DNA of 64,000 bases from Candidatus Latescibacterota bacterium (GCA_965205975.1 OZ242195.1:4352001-4416000), one strand, 5' to 3'; shown: positions 33,218 through 43,526, counted from the stretch's first letter. Program-made: numbers and translations. The notes: generated by a model from the letters alone, not told the origin.

Positions 33218-33337
33218 TCATATCGTGGCTGTGTTGATTTTATTATATATCTGGTGTGTACCAACAAATCGAATTAAATACAGAAATCGGGAACTTCACC
33301 CCAGATCTCGATCGCCTCACGGATTCTTTCTTTGACC
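33218..33337 (-). pseudogene. Remnants of higB (C-terminus) and a HicB-like fragment
   Basis: IRFVGTHQIYNKINTATI* ends at 33218 with no N-terminus; upstream VKERIREAIEI resembles HicB. Confidence 0.65.
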
Positions 33338-34462
33338 TTACGCGCGGTGTTTGGCTACTACTGATTCGTCGAGTTCGATTCCCAGACCGGGTCTTGTTGG
33401 CGGGGTGATATAGCCGCTTTCAAATTGGATTGGTTCTACGAATATTTCGCTGTGGAGGTCGTTGGCGTTGAATTCCTGGATCAAGAAATTCGGCGAGCAG
33501 GTGTCGAGTTGCACTGCGGCGGCTGCTGCGACGGGACCGCAATACATGTGCGGTGCGATGAGGGCGTAGTGGGCTTCGGCCATGCTGGCGATTTTTTTGG
33601 ATTCCAATATTCCGCCACATTGTCCCACGTCTAATTGCAGGATCTGTGCGGCCTGTTTTTTAAGGAGTTCGGCAAATTCGTATTTGGTGACGAGTCGTTC
33701 GCCCGTGGCGATTGGGATGCTGGTGTGGGCGGCGACGCGGGCCATTTCGTCAATGTTTTCCGGGGGGACGGGTTCTTCAAACCAGAAGGGGCTGAATTCT
33801 TCCAGTTCTTTTGCCACGCGGATTGCGCCAGATGTGCTGAATTGTCCGTGGGTGCCGATGCCGATTTCCAATTCGTCGCCGACTGCATCCCGGATGCTTT
33901 TGAATATTTTGGCGACGTGGCGGATGGTTTTGAGTGGGAAGTCGCGCGGGTTGGGAAAGATGGGGTGGAAGGGGTCGAATTTGCAGGCGGTGTTTCCATC
34001 CGCGACCAGGCGGGTTGCGATCTCACCAGCGCGTTCTGGATTTTCCCAGATGCCGTCGGTCGGCATGTAGGCATAAGCCCTGAGTTTGTCGTGGACTCTG
34101 CCGCCGAGCAGATTGTAGATGGGCTGGTTCAGGGCTTTGCCGACGATGTCCCAACACGCCATTTCAATGGCGCTCAAGGCGGGTGTTGCGTCGAGGCCGG
34201 GGTGGCGATAGTCGTGCCGGGATGCAAAGATGCGCTGCCACAGGCTTTCGATGTCAAAGGGGCTTGTGCCGATGGCGAATTGCTGACAGAGGTTTTTGAT
34301 GAGGCTGATTTGGGATTCCAAATTGGTGGCATTTCCCGAGGGTCGCTCGCCTAATCCCACGATGCCTTCGTCGGTGATGAGCTGAATAAAGAGCCAGTAT
34401 CTTCCCCCGCGATAGGGCTGGATGTTTTTGATTACGATGGTTTCTACATCGGTGATTTTCAT
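33338..34462 (-). CDS. Mandelate racemase/enolase-superfamily acid-sugar dehydratase (DgoD-like)
   Basis: SAIEMACWDIVGK, WFEEP, PIATGER, APH. Confidence 0.88.
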   Translation of the reverse strand: MKITDVETIVIKNIQPYRGGRYWLFIQLITDEGIVGLGERPSGNATNLESQISLIKNLCQQFAIGTSPFDIESLWQRIFASRHDYRHPGLDATPALSAIEMACWDIVGKALNQPIYNLLGGRVHDKLRAYAYMPTDGIWENPERAGEIATRLVADGNTACKFDPFHPIFPNPRDFPLKTIRHVAKIFKSIRDAVGDELEIGIGTHGQFSTSGAIRVAKELEEFSPFWFEEPVPPENIDEMARVAAHTSIPIATGERLVTKYEFAELLKKQAAQILQLDVGQCGGILESKKIASMAEAHYALIAPHMYCGPVAAAAAVQLDTCSPNFLIQEFNANDLHSEIFVEPIQFESGYITPPTRPGLGIELDESVVAKHRA

Positions 34463-34534
34463 GGGTGATGTGCTCCTGTGCTGGTGTGTCTATCGTTCAC
34501 TCCGACTATCAGGTTCACGCTTTCTTTCCTTACG

Positions 34535-34837
34535 TCAGGTCTGCACAGTCTCGCGGTTCTTGAGTGTTGGTAGTGCTCTAATACCCTCGCCTATTTTTTT
34601 TTCAGCAATCCGCAACTCATAGAGCTTCTGCAAATTCAGCCAAAATTCTGCACTGGTGTCAAAAAAATGAGCCAATCTCAGGGCGGTATCGCCAGTGATT
34701 GCACGTCGCCCGTTGAGGATTTCGGTGATTCGGCTGGGGGACACCTCAATCTGTCGTGCGAGTGATGCTGCGCTCATGTCGAGTTCTTTCAACTCTTCGG
34801 CGAGGTGTTCCCCGGGATGAATTGCAGGTATGGTCAT
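34535..34837 (-). CDS. higA: HigA/VapI antitoxin
   Basis: IHPGEHL..RAITGDTALRL..FWLNLQ; start trimmed to MTIPA. Confidence 0.92.
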   Translation of the reverse strand: MTIPAIHPGEHLAEELKELDMSAASLARQIEVSPSRITEILNGRRAITGDTALRLAHFFDTSAEFWLNLQKLYELRIAEKKIGEGIRALPTLKNRETVQT

Positions 34838-34848
34838 AACGGTTCTCC

Positions 34849-35133
34849 TTAGTGATAGTCCACGATTTCCACGTTCGTTGGTCCTGAGTGCTCTCGTCGC
34901 CACTCGAAACAGATCCGCCATTGGTCGTTGATGCGGATGCTGTACTGGCCTCTTCGATTCCCTTTCAAGGCTTCAAAATGGTTGCCCGGTAATGCAGCCA
35001 GATCCCTGATTGAAGAGGCAGCCTCCAGGCGGTCAAGCTTCAGCCGTGCGGCGCGTTCGATGCCGGAGAAGGCCCTGACCCACTTTCCGGAAGCGAAATC
35101 CCTGGTTCGCTTGTCGCGATAGCTAACGATCAT
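34849..35133 (-). CDS. higB: HigB plasmid-maintenance killer toxin
   Basis: PGN.FEALKG.R.GQYSIRINDQWRICF..VEIVDYH. Confidence 0.93.
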   Translation of the reverse strand: MIVSYRDKRTRDFASGKWVRAFSGIERAARLKLDRLEAASSIRDLAALPGNHFEALKGNRRGQYSIRINDQWRICFEWRREHSGPTNVEIVDYH

Positions 35134-35989
35134 TCCCTATCCGAATTAAAGCCGTCTCTGCCCTGGTGACAATCTGCATGTATTCCCTATAGTCTGGGTC
35201 GGATCTGAGTTGATGGTGTTGAGGCTTGTTTGCATGACAGCCGATACACAAGGCAAGAAAATTTTTTTCGTTGCTGTCGTTCTTTTGACCATTAATGTGG
35301 TGGACGTGCAGAAATTTTCTCTCATCTTTAAGATTAACGCCGCACTCTTCACATTTCCAGTTCCGCTTTTCTTTGTATCTGTAAGAAATTTGCTCCCAGT
35401 TCGGCGGATAAGTATTTACTGGGGCTGTAATGTCAGTATGCGTTGGCTCTCTCGTTATTTGAGAATCATATTTTTCAAAAAACGCTCTCAAGTTGAAATG
35501 ATCCCTGATTGCATTCCGTCCCGAGTATCCGTGCCTACGGTAACCGTTGTAATTTAGTCGGTCTAAGCAATTCTTACAGACATATAACCTACACTCGATT
35601 TCTTGCTTTTTATCACGAAGAAAATTGACAATAAATTTTCCATCCCTTCGGTATGTGACCACGTATCTGTCGTACCTATTTAATTTTCTCATTTCCTGTA
35701 GAGCAACACAGTCGGCAACATGAAATTTAGGTAACTCTTCGCGAGTAGCATCACTTGGCACATATTGGTCTCGGATATAAACGACGAGCTTTTGTCCTCC
35801 GTATTCAAGTGTGCCATCATCAGCATATTCAATTTTATCAGGTGTGATCTCTATCCCTGTTGTAACTAAAACTTTATCGATATTTATAGAATTCCACTCT
35901 TCTCCTGAATTCCATGAGATCAGTTCAGTGCCCATATTTTGTCGAAGTTGATTCAATCCAACATGTTTTGAAAAATCTGGCAGGTTCAT
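35123..35989 (-). CDS. zorE: HNH endonuclease, ZorE-like
   Basis: CEECG..LHVHHING.K.D..N..LC..CH; third gene after zorA and zorB. Confidence 0.75.
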   Translation of the reverse strand: MNLPDFSKHVGLNQLRQNMGTELISWNSGEEWNSINIDKVLVTTGIEITPDKIEYADDGTLEYGGQKLVVYIRDQYVPSDATREELPKFHVADCVALQEMRKLNRYDRYVVTYRRDGKFIVNFLRDKKQEIECRLYVCKNCLDRLNYNGYRRHGYSGRNAIRDHFNLRAFFEKYDSQITREPTHTDITAPVNTYPPNWEQISYRYKEKRNWKCEECGVNLKDERKFLHVHHINGQKNDSNEKNFLALCIGCHANKPQHHQLRSDPDYREYMQIVTRAETALIRIGNDR

Positions 35990-36714
35990 TCTTTTTCATC
36001 TCGCTTTATAATTTCAACAATCCGTTTCTCAGCATTCGTCCGCACTCTAAACTCCACTCGTCTTGATTCTTCTTTATTTTCTGTGCCATCAGGATAAGAA
36101 ATCACCTTGCTTGAAGATAACCCATTGGCGGTCAAGTACTGTTTCAGCCAATACCTGATCTCCTGATTTCCGCTGAGTTCGGGGAGAAGTACATATTGAA
36201 GTACACGTCTTGTTCTGTCCTGTGATAGCTCCATGTTACGGATATAGGCTTCTTCAGGACTCTCACCTGCTTGCCACTCACTTGAGGTGTGTCCTTCAAT
36301 CCGAATTTCTGCGATATCGTTGATATAATCAGATTGCCTCAAAACTTTAATATAACGGGGAAAAAAGTCCTTCAAGATGTTTTTGAAGGCGGGACGAACC
36401 TCTGCTTCCCCTTGTGCAAATAACACTTCAGGCTCTTTGAACCGGACAGAGAGAGTTTGTCTATCCAAGACAGCGTTCCATTTATTCAGGTCTTTTTCAA
36501 ACTCTTTCTCAAGGTCGGCATATAGGTCGGACTGCAATTTCTCATATGTGACAGCAATTTTCTCAATTTTTTCTTTTTCTGCTTGAACATGTAGCATGTA
36601 ACTGATGGCTATAAATAGGAAGATTACCATCAATCCAGCCATCATATCAGAAATAGAGATCCAATGTTCTTCCGTATCTTGCTCTCTATTTGTCAGAATT
36701 TCTTCGCTCATCAT
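35986..36714 (-). CDS. zorB: ZorB (MotB/OmpA-like)
   Basis: WISISDMMAGLM TM with conserved Asp; IRIEGHTS, NMELSQDR, SRRVEFR. Confidence 0.85.
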   Translation of the reverse strand: MMSEEILTNREQDTEEHWISISDMMAGLMVIFLFIAISYMLHVQAEKEKIEKIAVTYEKLQSDLYADLEKEFEKDLNKWNAVLDRQTLSVRFKEPEVLFAQGEAEVRPAFKNILKDFFPRYIKVLRQSDYINDIAEIRIEGHTSSEWQAGESPEEAYIRNMELSQDRTRRVLQYVLLPELSGNQEIRYWLKQYLTANGLSSSKVISYPDGTENKEESRRVEFRVRTNAEKRIVEIIKRDEKE

Positions 36715-36720
36715 CCTGTC

Positions 36721-38031
36721 CTATGGGCGTCGTGAGTAACGACCTGTTTGTTGTAAACCATCTGCTATTCGTACTACGTTGCGAAGCTGATCCGTTAGGG
36801 GCTGGTAGTCATCAACAAATCGTCTTGATAGACTGGCAAGTTGACTTCCCAATGATTCAATGGATTTTGTGAGTTCTTCCTGAAGTGCTCTATCCAGGAG
36901 TTGGATTTGCTGGGTCACATTGGCTGTGCTTTCGCGGAAAATGCGCTCCGTTTCGGTATTGAGTCGCCTATTTGTGTCTGTCACCATCGTCTCAAGTTGT
37001 TGGGCTTGATTGGTCAAGGCTTCCCTTTGTCTTTCCATAGAAACCTGCGAATTATCAATGTTTTCCGCTACCACTTGTGTAAAGTCATCGGTTAATTGGT
37101 TCAGCCGATTCTCAATGATTGGAAATGCGTTACTCGCATTATCAGCTAACGCACTAAACGCCTCGAGACGATCATTCATCAGTTGTATCTGCTGTTGTAT
37201 TGCTTGAAGTATGGGATCAAGTTTTTCCGCGTTTGAAACAATGACGTCACTTCTTTCAGCAATACTCTCCAGCGATTGCCGCGATTTTTCGATGCTTTCT
37301 GCCGCAATCCGAAATTCCACAGCCAGTTCGTCCATCTGTTGACGGTATTGTTCTTGCCAGTCATTGATTCTTCCGACCGCTTCATTGAGTTGCTTAAAGT
37401 TATCTCCAAATTGTTCATTGATTTTTGTGTTAAAGTCCCGCATGACGGATTCAAGTGCTTCAATTAGTGCCTTTGTATTGTTATCAGCCATCTGAGTCGC
37501 AAATTCTTTGAAGGCCTGAAGTAAATCGTCTTGCTTGTCTGAGAAGGTGGTTCTCAACTTCTGCAACTGAGTCAAAACGGTGCTTTCACCATCTCCCGTC
37601 AATGCTTTTTCAATAGCGCGGAGGGTTTCTCTGGTTTCGTCTCCTTCTGCTTGATGTATTTTGTGAATTTCCTTTAGGATATTTGCAAGGTCATCAATGG
37701 TTGCGCCTGTATAGGTCTCCTCTGAAGCTGCTTGTTTTTTCAGCTTGTTTAGAGATGATAATTTAAGACAAATCGAGCCTGCAATTCCTATAATGGAAGT
37801 TAAAAAGGCAAATTTCAGGCCTTCCAACAACAGGGGAACACTGGCTTCAATGTTCTGTGTGTCAAAATTTAAAAGTCCCCAGGCAATACCAGCAAATGTT
37901 CCAAGTACCCCGATGACGGTCACAATTGAGGCAATAGTATTGACTTGTTGATGCCGAATTTTCCAGAACCACAAGACTGCCACTAACATAAAAATCGCAA
38001 AAAATGCCCAAACCCCCCATAACATGTCCAT
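36721..38031 (-). CDS. zorA: ZorA (MotA/ExbB-like with long helical tail)
   Basis: GVLGTFAGI..GL, GLKFAFLTSIIG; DFNTKINEQFGDNFKQLN coiled-coil tail. Confidence 0.85.
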   Translation of the reverse strand: MDMLWGVWAFFAIFMLVAVLWFWKIRHQQVNTIASIVTVIGVLGTFAGIAWGLLNFDTQNIEASVPLLLEGLKFAFLTSIIGIAGSICLKLSSLNKLKKQAASEETYTGATIDDLANILKEIHKIHQAEGDETRETLRAIEKALTGDGESTVLTQLQKLRTTFSDKQDDLLQAFKEFATQMADNNTKALIEALESVMRDFNTKINEQFGDNFKQLNEAVGRINDWQEQYRQQMDELAVEFRIAAESIEKSRQSLESIAERSDVIVSNAEKLDPILQAIQQQIQLMNDRLEAFSALADNASNAFPIIENRLNQLTDDFTQVVAENIDNSQVSMERQREALTNQAQQLETMVTDTNRRLNTETERIFRESTANVTQQIQLLDRALQEELTKSIESLGSQLASLSRRFVDDYQPLTDQLRNVVRIADGLQQTGRYSRRP

Positions 38032-38079
38032 GTAGATAATTCCTCCGTTTTGATCTATGCTTTGCCCTGATTAGCCAAG

Positions 38080-38505
38080 CTATAACGCGACTGTCGTATT
38101 CTCATGCCGTTCTCTATTCTCAAATCTCGATCTCATCCGAAAGCTCTTGAGGCGTACGGCAGACAGTCGTTTTAGTCGCTGATTGAGCGGATCAACTTCA
38201 ATGCCTACGGATTCCAGGGCGGTTACCCCGAGCAGCGGTTCGGCATTTGCTTCCCCAAATACAATGGTTCCGCCGACGATCTCACCCATAAATTCGATGT
38301 CTGCGGTCGTAATATCCATTCTGATCTCACTACCGTCGGCCAGTTCATACACTCGCTGACCTTTGGGAATGAGACCGATAGATTCCAGATGTGGTCTCGG
38401 TACGAGACAATCAGTCGCTCTCGTGTCAACCAGAAAGAGGCCTTCCCAGGTTTTGTGCGGTTCAGCCGGATTTCGAATTGTAACGGTTACCTGCGTGGCT
38501 CCCAT
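38080..38505 (-). CDS. Clan AA (retropepsin-like) aspartic protease
   Basis: LVDTRAT (canonical DTGA), LADGS, PLLGVTALE. Confidence 0.8.
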   Translation of the reverse strand: MGATQVTVTIRNPAEPHKTWEGLFLVDTRATDCLVPRPHLESIGLIPKGQRVYELADGSEIRMDITTADIEFMGEIVGGTIVFGEANAEPLLGVTALESVGIEVDPLNQRLKRLSAVRLKSFRMRSRFENRERHENTTVAL

Positions 38506-38583
38506 TTTGATCTCCTTTCTCTAAAAGAGATAAGTTGTCCACTAAAACGAGTCAAGTCCAGTCAATAATTCCCCCGTTTTAAT

Positions 38584-39555
38584 TTATATCTCGTTATCAG
38601 CAGTTAATGTCTCTTCAATCACGCGGCATTGCCAGAATGCCCTGTTGCTCCATCCGAATCGCCACGGGTGCGATGTTGTAAATCGCTGGGGCAAGGCTTC
38701 GTATAGCAGGGCAAATGTTTGTACGGTGGCCGCGAATTGATGGGTGTCCTGCTTGTCGCGTTCTGCGTGCGCTTTGTAATAGGGGATGAGCGCATCTGCT
38801 GTGCGGTGTAGCGCGGCGTTTGCATCTGTCTCGCGCCACCTGGTGGCTTTTGGCAGTCGTGATAGCAGATAGACCGCGTCCATGGTTGAAAAGTTGGGGC
38901 GTCCGTGCCAGAAGCCGTTTTTCTCCTGGAGATTTAGCATGGCATCTATAATTTTCTCAGCCTGCGGCGGGAGTTTGTCCATTCCCGTGTAGATCAGGCT
39001 GTAGGCAAATGTGCGGCTGATGTTGGTGGGGCCTTCAGCGGGCCAGGTTCCCAGCGCGGGGTGCTGTTGTGCGGCGAGTTGGGCGAAGAAAGTGTTGATC
39101 CAGGCGGGGTCTGGATGGCTGACGAGCATGGGGACACGCGCGAGTACTTCGTGATGGGTGTCGCCGGAGGCTTTCCACGTTTTGAACCATTGGCGAAGTT
39201 CAGCGACGGTTGTTGCGTTGCGCTGGTCGTCGGGGAATTTCAGGACCTGAGCACCCAGTATGTTGAGTGCGCGAACTGCGTTCCAAAATGCGATCCCCCG
39301 TCTGCCCGAGGGCGGGAAGGCAAAGGATCCGTCCTGCTCGCTCTGTTGTGATTGGATCCAGGCGACCCATTTTGCGCGGTCAAGCGCGACTGCGTCGAGC
39401 GCGTTCATGCTGTACAGGATATAGGTGATGAAGAGGGTGCTCGGAAGGCTGGGCGCGGGTGTGTCGCCATTGCGAAAGGCGCCGGTGTCCGGGAGGTAGA
39501 GGGATTCCGCCCAGGCGATCAAATCGTCGTGGATGGGGTTGAGGGAGATTGTCAT
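38584..39555 (-). CDS. Prenyltransferase/squalene-oxidase repeat protein
   Basis: QW-like repeats QSEQDGSF, QHPALGTW, QEKNGFW. Confidence 0.6.
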   Translation of the reverse strand: MTISLNPIHDDLIAWAESLYLPDTGAFRNGDTPAPSLPSTLFITYILYSMNALDAVALDRAKWVAWIQSQQSEQDGSFAFPPSGRRGIAFWNAVRALNILGAQVLKFPDDQRNATTVAELRQWFKTWKASGDTHHEVLARVPMLVSHPDPAWINTFFAQLAAQQHPALGTWPAEGPTNISRTFAYSLIYTGMDKLPPQAEKIIDAMLNLQEKNGFWHGRPNFSTMDAVYLLSRLPKATRWRETDANAALHRTADALIPYYKAHAERDKQDTHQFAATVQTFALLYEALPQRFTTSHPWRFGWSNRAFWQCRVIEETLTADNEI

Positions 39556-39566
39556 GCGGTTCTCAT

Positions 39567-41495
39567 TTATGCCAGGGCCGCCTGGAGTCCGGGGACCTGG
39601 TCCGCGCCCTCTGGCACCTGAATTTTCGATCCTTGAAAGTCTTCTCCGACCGGTTCAAACCGTCCGCCCAGGTGCTCGGATAAGAACGCCTCGGCGACGG
39701 CGTAAAACGACAAGCGGTTTTCCGGTCGTGCGAATCCATGCCCTTCATCTGGGTAAAGCACGTAGGTCACGGGGATGTTTTTTTGGTTCATCGCCTCGAC
39801 GATTTGATCGGATTCGACTTGTTTGACGCGCGGGTCGTTGGCACCCTGGCCGATCAGCAGCGGCCGCTGGATCTGATCTACACGCGCGAGCGGTGATTTG
39901 GCCAGTAAGGATTCCTGCCCCTCCTCTGTCGTCCAGTCACCTACGCGGTCTTTCATCATTGGGAGGATTGGGATCCAATAAGGCGGCACGTTTTGTAGCA
40001 AGGTGACGAGGTTGCTCGGGCCGACAATATCGACGCCGCAGACGAATGTCTCGGGGGTGAAGGTCAATCCGACCAGGGTCGCGTATCCGCCGTAGCTGCC
40101 GCCCATTATCGCCACCTGGTCGCGCTGCGTGATCTTTTCGCTGATCGTCCAGTTGACAGCGTCAATCAGGTCGTCGTGCATTTTGCCGGCCCACTCGCCA
40201 TTGCCGGCGTTGGTGAATTCTTTGCCGAAGCCGGTCGAGCCGCGGAAGTTGACGCTCAGTACGGCGTAACCGCGGTTCGACAGCCATTGATGCTGCGGAT
40301 CGTAGCCCCAGATGTCGCGCCCCCAGGGACCTCCGTGAACCAGTAAAACCAACGGGACCGGATTGCTTGGCCGAGCATCGCCATCGGGAGTGCTATCGGG
40401 GGGGAGCGTTAGATAGCTGATCAGGTTCCACCCGTCGCGGGATTTGATGGTCAGCGAATGCATCCTGGCCAGTTGGTACTCGTCCAGGTCCGTGCGGTTG
40501 CTGAACAGGTAATTCGCCTGCTTCCTGGTGCGGTCGTACAGGTAGTATTTGACTGGTCCGTTGTCCAGGACGTAGGCCGCCGTCCACAAGCGGTCGTCGA
40601 GCGTGCGGCTGGTGATGGACAATTCGCCGTCTTCCACCGAGTGCAAGTAATCCATGTCCTCTTGAATCGCCGAATCCAGCACATGCCAGCGGTTGCGGTC
40701 GTAAATGAACGATACGGCTTGTACGTGTTTCTCTGTTGGATGAACCAGCATCCCGCCCACATCCGCGCGGTCGTCCTCGGCTACCAGTTCTTGTTTGCCA
40801 GACGCCAGGTCGAGGGTGAACAAGGCGGCGGTGTTTCGCTTGCGGCTGTCGATCATATAGAGGCGTTGGTTTGATTTGTCGAAGCCGGTCAGATAGGTCG
40901 TCAGGGCGTCGGTGTTGGGAACCTCTATGAAGGGTTGCCACTGGTTGTTCTCGTCCCGTTGGAGGATCTCCTGTCCCCCGGTCGGCGAAAATGTCATGGC
41001 AAAACGCGTGTGATCGTCGTTGTCGAACAGGTAAGAGACAAAGCCCGGATTCTCTTCTACCAGGGTCCGCTCGCCGGTGGAAAGCGCGATTCGATAGACG
41101 TCGTGTAGCTGCGGATTGCGGTTGTTGATGCCGATCAGAATCTCGTTGGGTGTCTTTTCATTGATCGAGAGAATCTGCGCGTTGACTTTTTCAAAGGGCG
41201 TCAGGTCTCGGGTCTCGCCCGTGGCGATATTCGTCGCGTACACGTGCCAGTCTTCGTCGCCTTTGGCATCCTGGTAGTACAGGATGTGCTGCCCATCATA
41301 GGTCCAGTTGTAGAGGCGGATGCCGCGTTCCTCGTCTTTGGTGATCGGTCTGGCTGAGTCGGGATCTTCTACTGCGGCGACCCAGACGTTCAAAACGCCA
41401 TCCACTGGCGCGAGGTAGCTCAGGTACTCGCCATCGGGACTGATTCGGGCCATGGATTTTTCTGGATTGCCGAATAGCACTTGTCGGGGAATCAA
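39567..41495 (-). CDS. S9 family (prolyl/dipeptidyl/acylaminoacyl) peptidase
   Basis: HGGPW, GGSYGG, NDPRV, DEGHG; TTG start with AAGGAG RBS. Confidence 0.93.
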   Translation of the reverse strand: MIPRQVLFGNPEKSMARISPDGEYLSYLAPVDGVLNVWVAAVEDPDSARPITKDEERGIRLYNWTYDGQHILYYQDAKGDEDWHVYATNIATGETRDLTPFEKVNAQILSINEKTPNEILIGINNRNPQLHDVYRIALSTGERTLVEENPGFVSYLFDNDDHTRFAMTFSPTGGQEILQRDENNQWQPFIEVPNTDALTTYLTGFDKSNQRLYMIDSRKRNTAALFTLDLASGKQELVAEDDRADVGGMLVHPTEKHVQAVSFIYDRNRWHVLDSAIQEDMDYLHSVEDGELSITSRTLDDRLWTAAYVLDNGPVKYYLYDRTRKQANYLFSNRTDLDEYQLARMHSLTIKSRDGWNLISYLTLPPDSTPDGDARPSNPVPLVLLVHGGPWGRDIWGYDPQHQWLSNRGYAVLSVNFRGSTGFGKEFTNAGNGEWAGKMHDDLIDAVNWTISEKITQRDQVAIMGGSYGGYATLVGLTFTPETFVCGVDIVGPSNLVTLLQNVPPYWIPILPMMKDRVGDWTTEEGQESLLAKSPLARVDQIQRPLLIGQGANDPRVKQVESDQIVEAMNQKNIPVTYVLYPDEGHGFARPENRLSFYAVAEAFLSEHLGGRFEPVGEDFQGSKIQVPEGADQVPGLQAALA

Positions 41496-41519
41496 TTTGG
41501 TATCTCCTTTTAGTTTTGC

Positions 41520-42749
41520 TTAAGACCAACCGCGCACCATATACGCCTGTAGTATGCCGCTTTCATCGGAGTTGAAGAAGCCCGATTGTCCATCTGGGGA
41601 GAGGAAGGGGTGGATGTGCGTGTGTTTTTGCCAGGACGATCCGGGGTCCGCGACTTTGCGTGCGTTTGCGAGGGTGCCTTCCTCTTCTTCGGGGAGGTCG
41701 AATAGCCAGACGGCTCCGCCCGCATCTATTGGGCCTGCGTCTGTGATTAGCCGCTTTCCGTCGATGTCTGTAGCGAAGTGGCAGAAGTCGGGCGCGTCAA
41801 AGGATCGGGACAGGTCGTTTCGCCATCCGCCCGGGGTGTTGATGCCTTCGTCGCCGACGTGAGGCGCGGCGCGTCCGGAGATGAGTTGTCTTTCAGCGGG
41901 TTTGCGGGTGCTCGTGCTGGTGATGGCGATGTCGCTTTGTCCCTGCCAGCATTGATGCCCCTGGCAGAATTCATTTCCATCTCGTCCCCAGGGGAAGTCG
42001 CGCAGTGCAGTGCCGTCGTCCCGGATCAGGTGGATGTCTGCGCCCTGTCCGCTGACGAGTGTTTCTACGCTGCCGTCGGGCGATGCGGTGTTGCCGTGGT
42101 TTTCTTGGATCATGATGTCATGGGAGGCGATGGGGTCTGTCTGGCGCGTGTATTGTGGGTGGATATTGCACCAGGAGGGTCCGTGAAAGATCAGGCGTAC
42201 AGATGGCTTTTCAATTTCAAAGACGAGGAGGCCCCAGGGCGCGCCTGCGGTTTTGCCGTCGCCGAGGAATCCCGAGATCGCGATGCGCTTGCCGTCGGAT
42301 GAGATTGTCGAGAGGGGATACGGTCGGCTCAATCTAAAATTGGTGTCGGGTATGGCGTGGTCCAGGACATAGATGGTGTCGCGTTCTGTTCCGTCCATTT
42401 TGACGCGTTTGAGTGTCAGGCGTCCGCCCCTGGGTTCTGTTTCGTTGACGAAGTAGTAGAGCCATTCGCCATCGGGTGAGATGGATGGTCCGGTGGTTCC
42501 GAGTTCGGTGGTGATGGGCGTTAAGTTGCAATGATCCTCGAGGTCGCAGATGAGGAACTGGTGCTCGGGGTCCTTTGGGTCAGAGCCGTGGGGATGTGCA
42601 GACCGGTGAATGATTAGCCGCTGGGAGTCGGGTGTGAAGATCTGCGCTTCCATGTAGATGTGCGATGAGGGGACCGTTTCATCCGTGAGCTGGATGACTT
42701 CGAGGTTGTCCCGGTCGGTCTCCGGGACGAGGTCGGGTCGAATTTTCAT
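41520..42749 (-). CDS. Oligogalacturonate-lyase-like (PL22/TolB-like) beta-propeller
   Basis: HIYM..FTPD, HQCW, HIHPFLSPDG..FNSD. Confidence 0.6.
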   Translation of the reverse strand: MKIRPDLVPETDRDNLEVIQLTDETVPSSHIYMEAQIFTPDSQRLIIHRSAHPHGSDPKDPEHQFLICDLEDHCNLTPITTELGTTGPSISPDGEWLYYFVNETEPRGGRLTLKRVKMDGTERDTIYVLDHAIPDTNFRLSRPYPLSTISSDGKRIAISGFLGDGKTAGAPWGLLVFEIEKPSVRLIFHGPSWCNIHPQYTRQTDPIASHDIMIQENHGNTASPDGSVETLVSGQGADIHLIRDDGTALRDFPWGRDGNEFCQGHQCWQGQSDIAITSTSTRKPAERQLISGRAAPHVGDEGINTPGGWRNDLSRSFDAPDFCHFATDIDGKRLITDAGPIDAGGAVWLFDLPEEEEGTLANARKVADPGSSWQKHTHIHPFLSPDGQSGFFNSDESGILQAYMVRGWS

Positions 42750-43474
42750 TTTCTTTCCTTTGTATAGGTATGCGTCAGATCATCCTTCGGTTGCCATCCC
42801 AGAATGCGTTTGGCTTTTTCGTTTGAGAATTTCTGGTGTGGTCGATTTGCAAAGATGTTGAAGACTTCGCATTGCGATGGCAGGGTTTGGAGATCGATGG
42901 TCAAGCCCGGTAAGAATGCGGCTGACGCATCTCGCCAGGTTACGAGGAATGGGCGGTTGAGGCCGGGTCTTGACAGGTCGTCGTGGTAGCAGAAGATATA
43001 GAATAAGTAACACAGTACATAGACATCGCTCTGCTCGGCAAAGATTCGGCAGATTTCTTGTCCCAGGCCCTTTGATAGGGCGTATAGATTCGTGCTGGGT
43101 TTGGGCGGTACGTCGGGACCGATGTGGTAGTCCAGTGCCTCGTAGGGTGCGCCCTGTACGGTGAAGTGCGGTCCTGTGTTGATGACTCGCGGAATTCCGT
43201 GTTCAACCGCTGCGCGCATGATGTTGTAGCATCCCAGGGTGTTGACATCAAAGGCGATCTGTCGGTGGGGGCGCAAGACGGATAGGTTGATGATTGCGTC
43301 CATTCCCTCTGCCGCGCGTGTGACCGCATCGGGGTCTGATACATCTACGATCATCATGTCGTGTGGGGTGTCATAAGGCTCCAGGTCCGTTAAGCGCAGA
43401 TCTACATGTCCTTCCAGAGCTTTGACTACGTGTGGTCCCAACTGGCCATTGCTTCCGTAGATTACGACTTTCAT
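42746..43474 (-). CDS. NAD-dependent epimerase/dehydrogenase (uronate-dehydrogenase-like)
   Basis: GSNGQLG, YALSK. Confidence 0.82.
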   Translation of the reverse strand: MKVVIYGSNGQLGPHVVKALEGHVDLRLTDLEPYDTPHDMMIVDVSDPDAVTRAAEGMDAIINLSVLRPHRQIAFDVNTLGCYNIMRAAVEHGIPRVINTGPHFTVQGAPYEALDYHIGPDVPPKPSTNLYALSKGLGQEICRIFAEQSDVYVLCYLFYIFCYHDDLSRPGLNRPFLVTWRDASAAFLPGLTIDLQTLPSQCEVFNIFANRPHQKFSNEKAKRILGWQPKDDLTHTYTKERK

Positions 43475-43526
43475 GTTTACCTCGTTATTGTTCATGCGAT
43501 TTAAGTGTTAAAAGCAACCCAAAATC

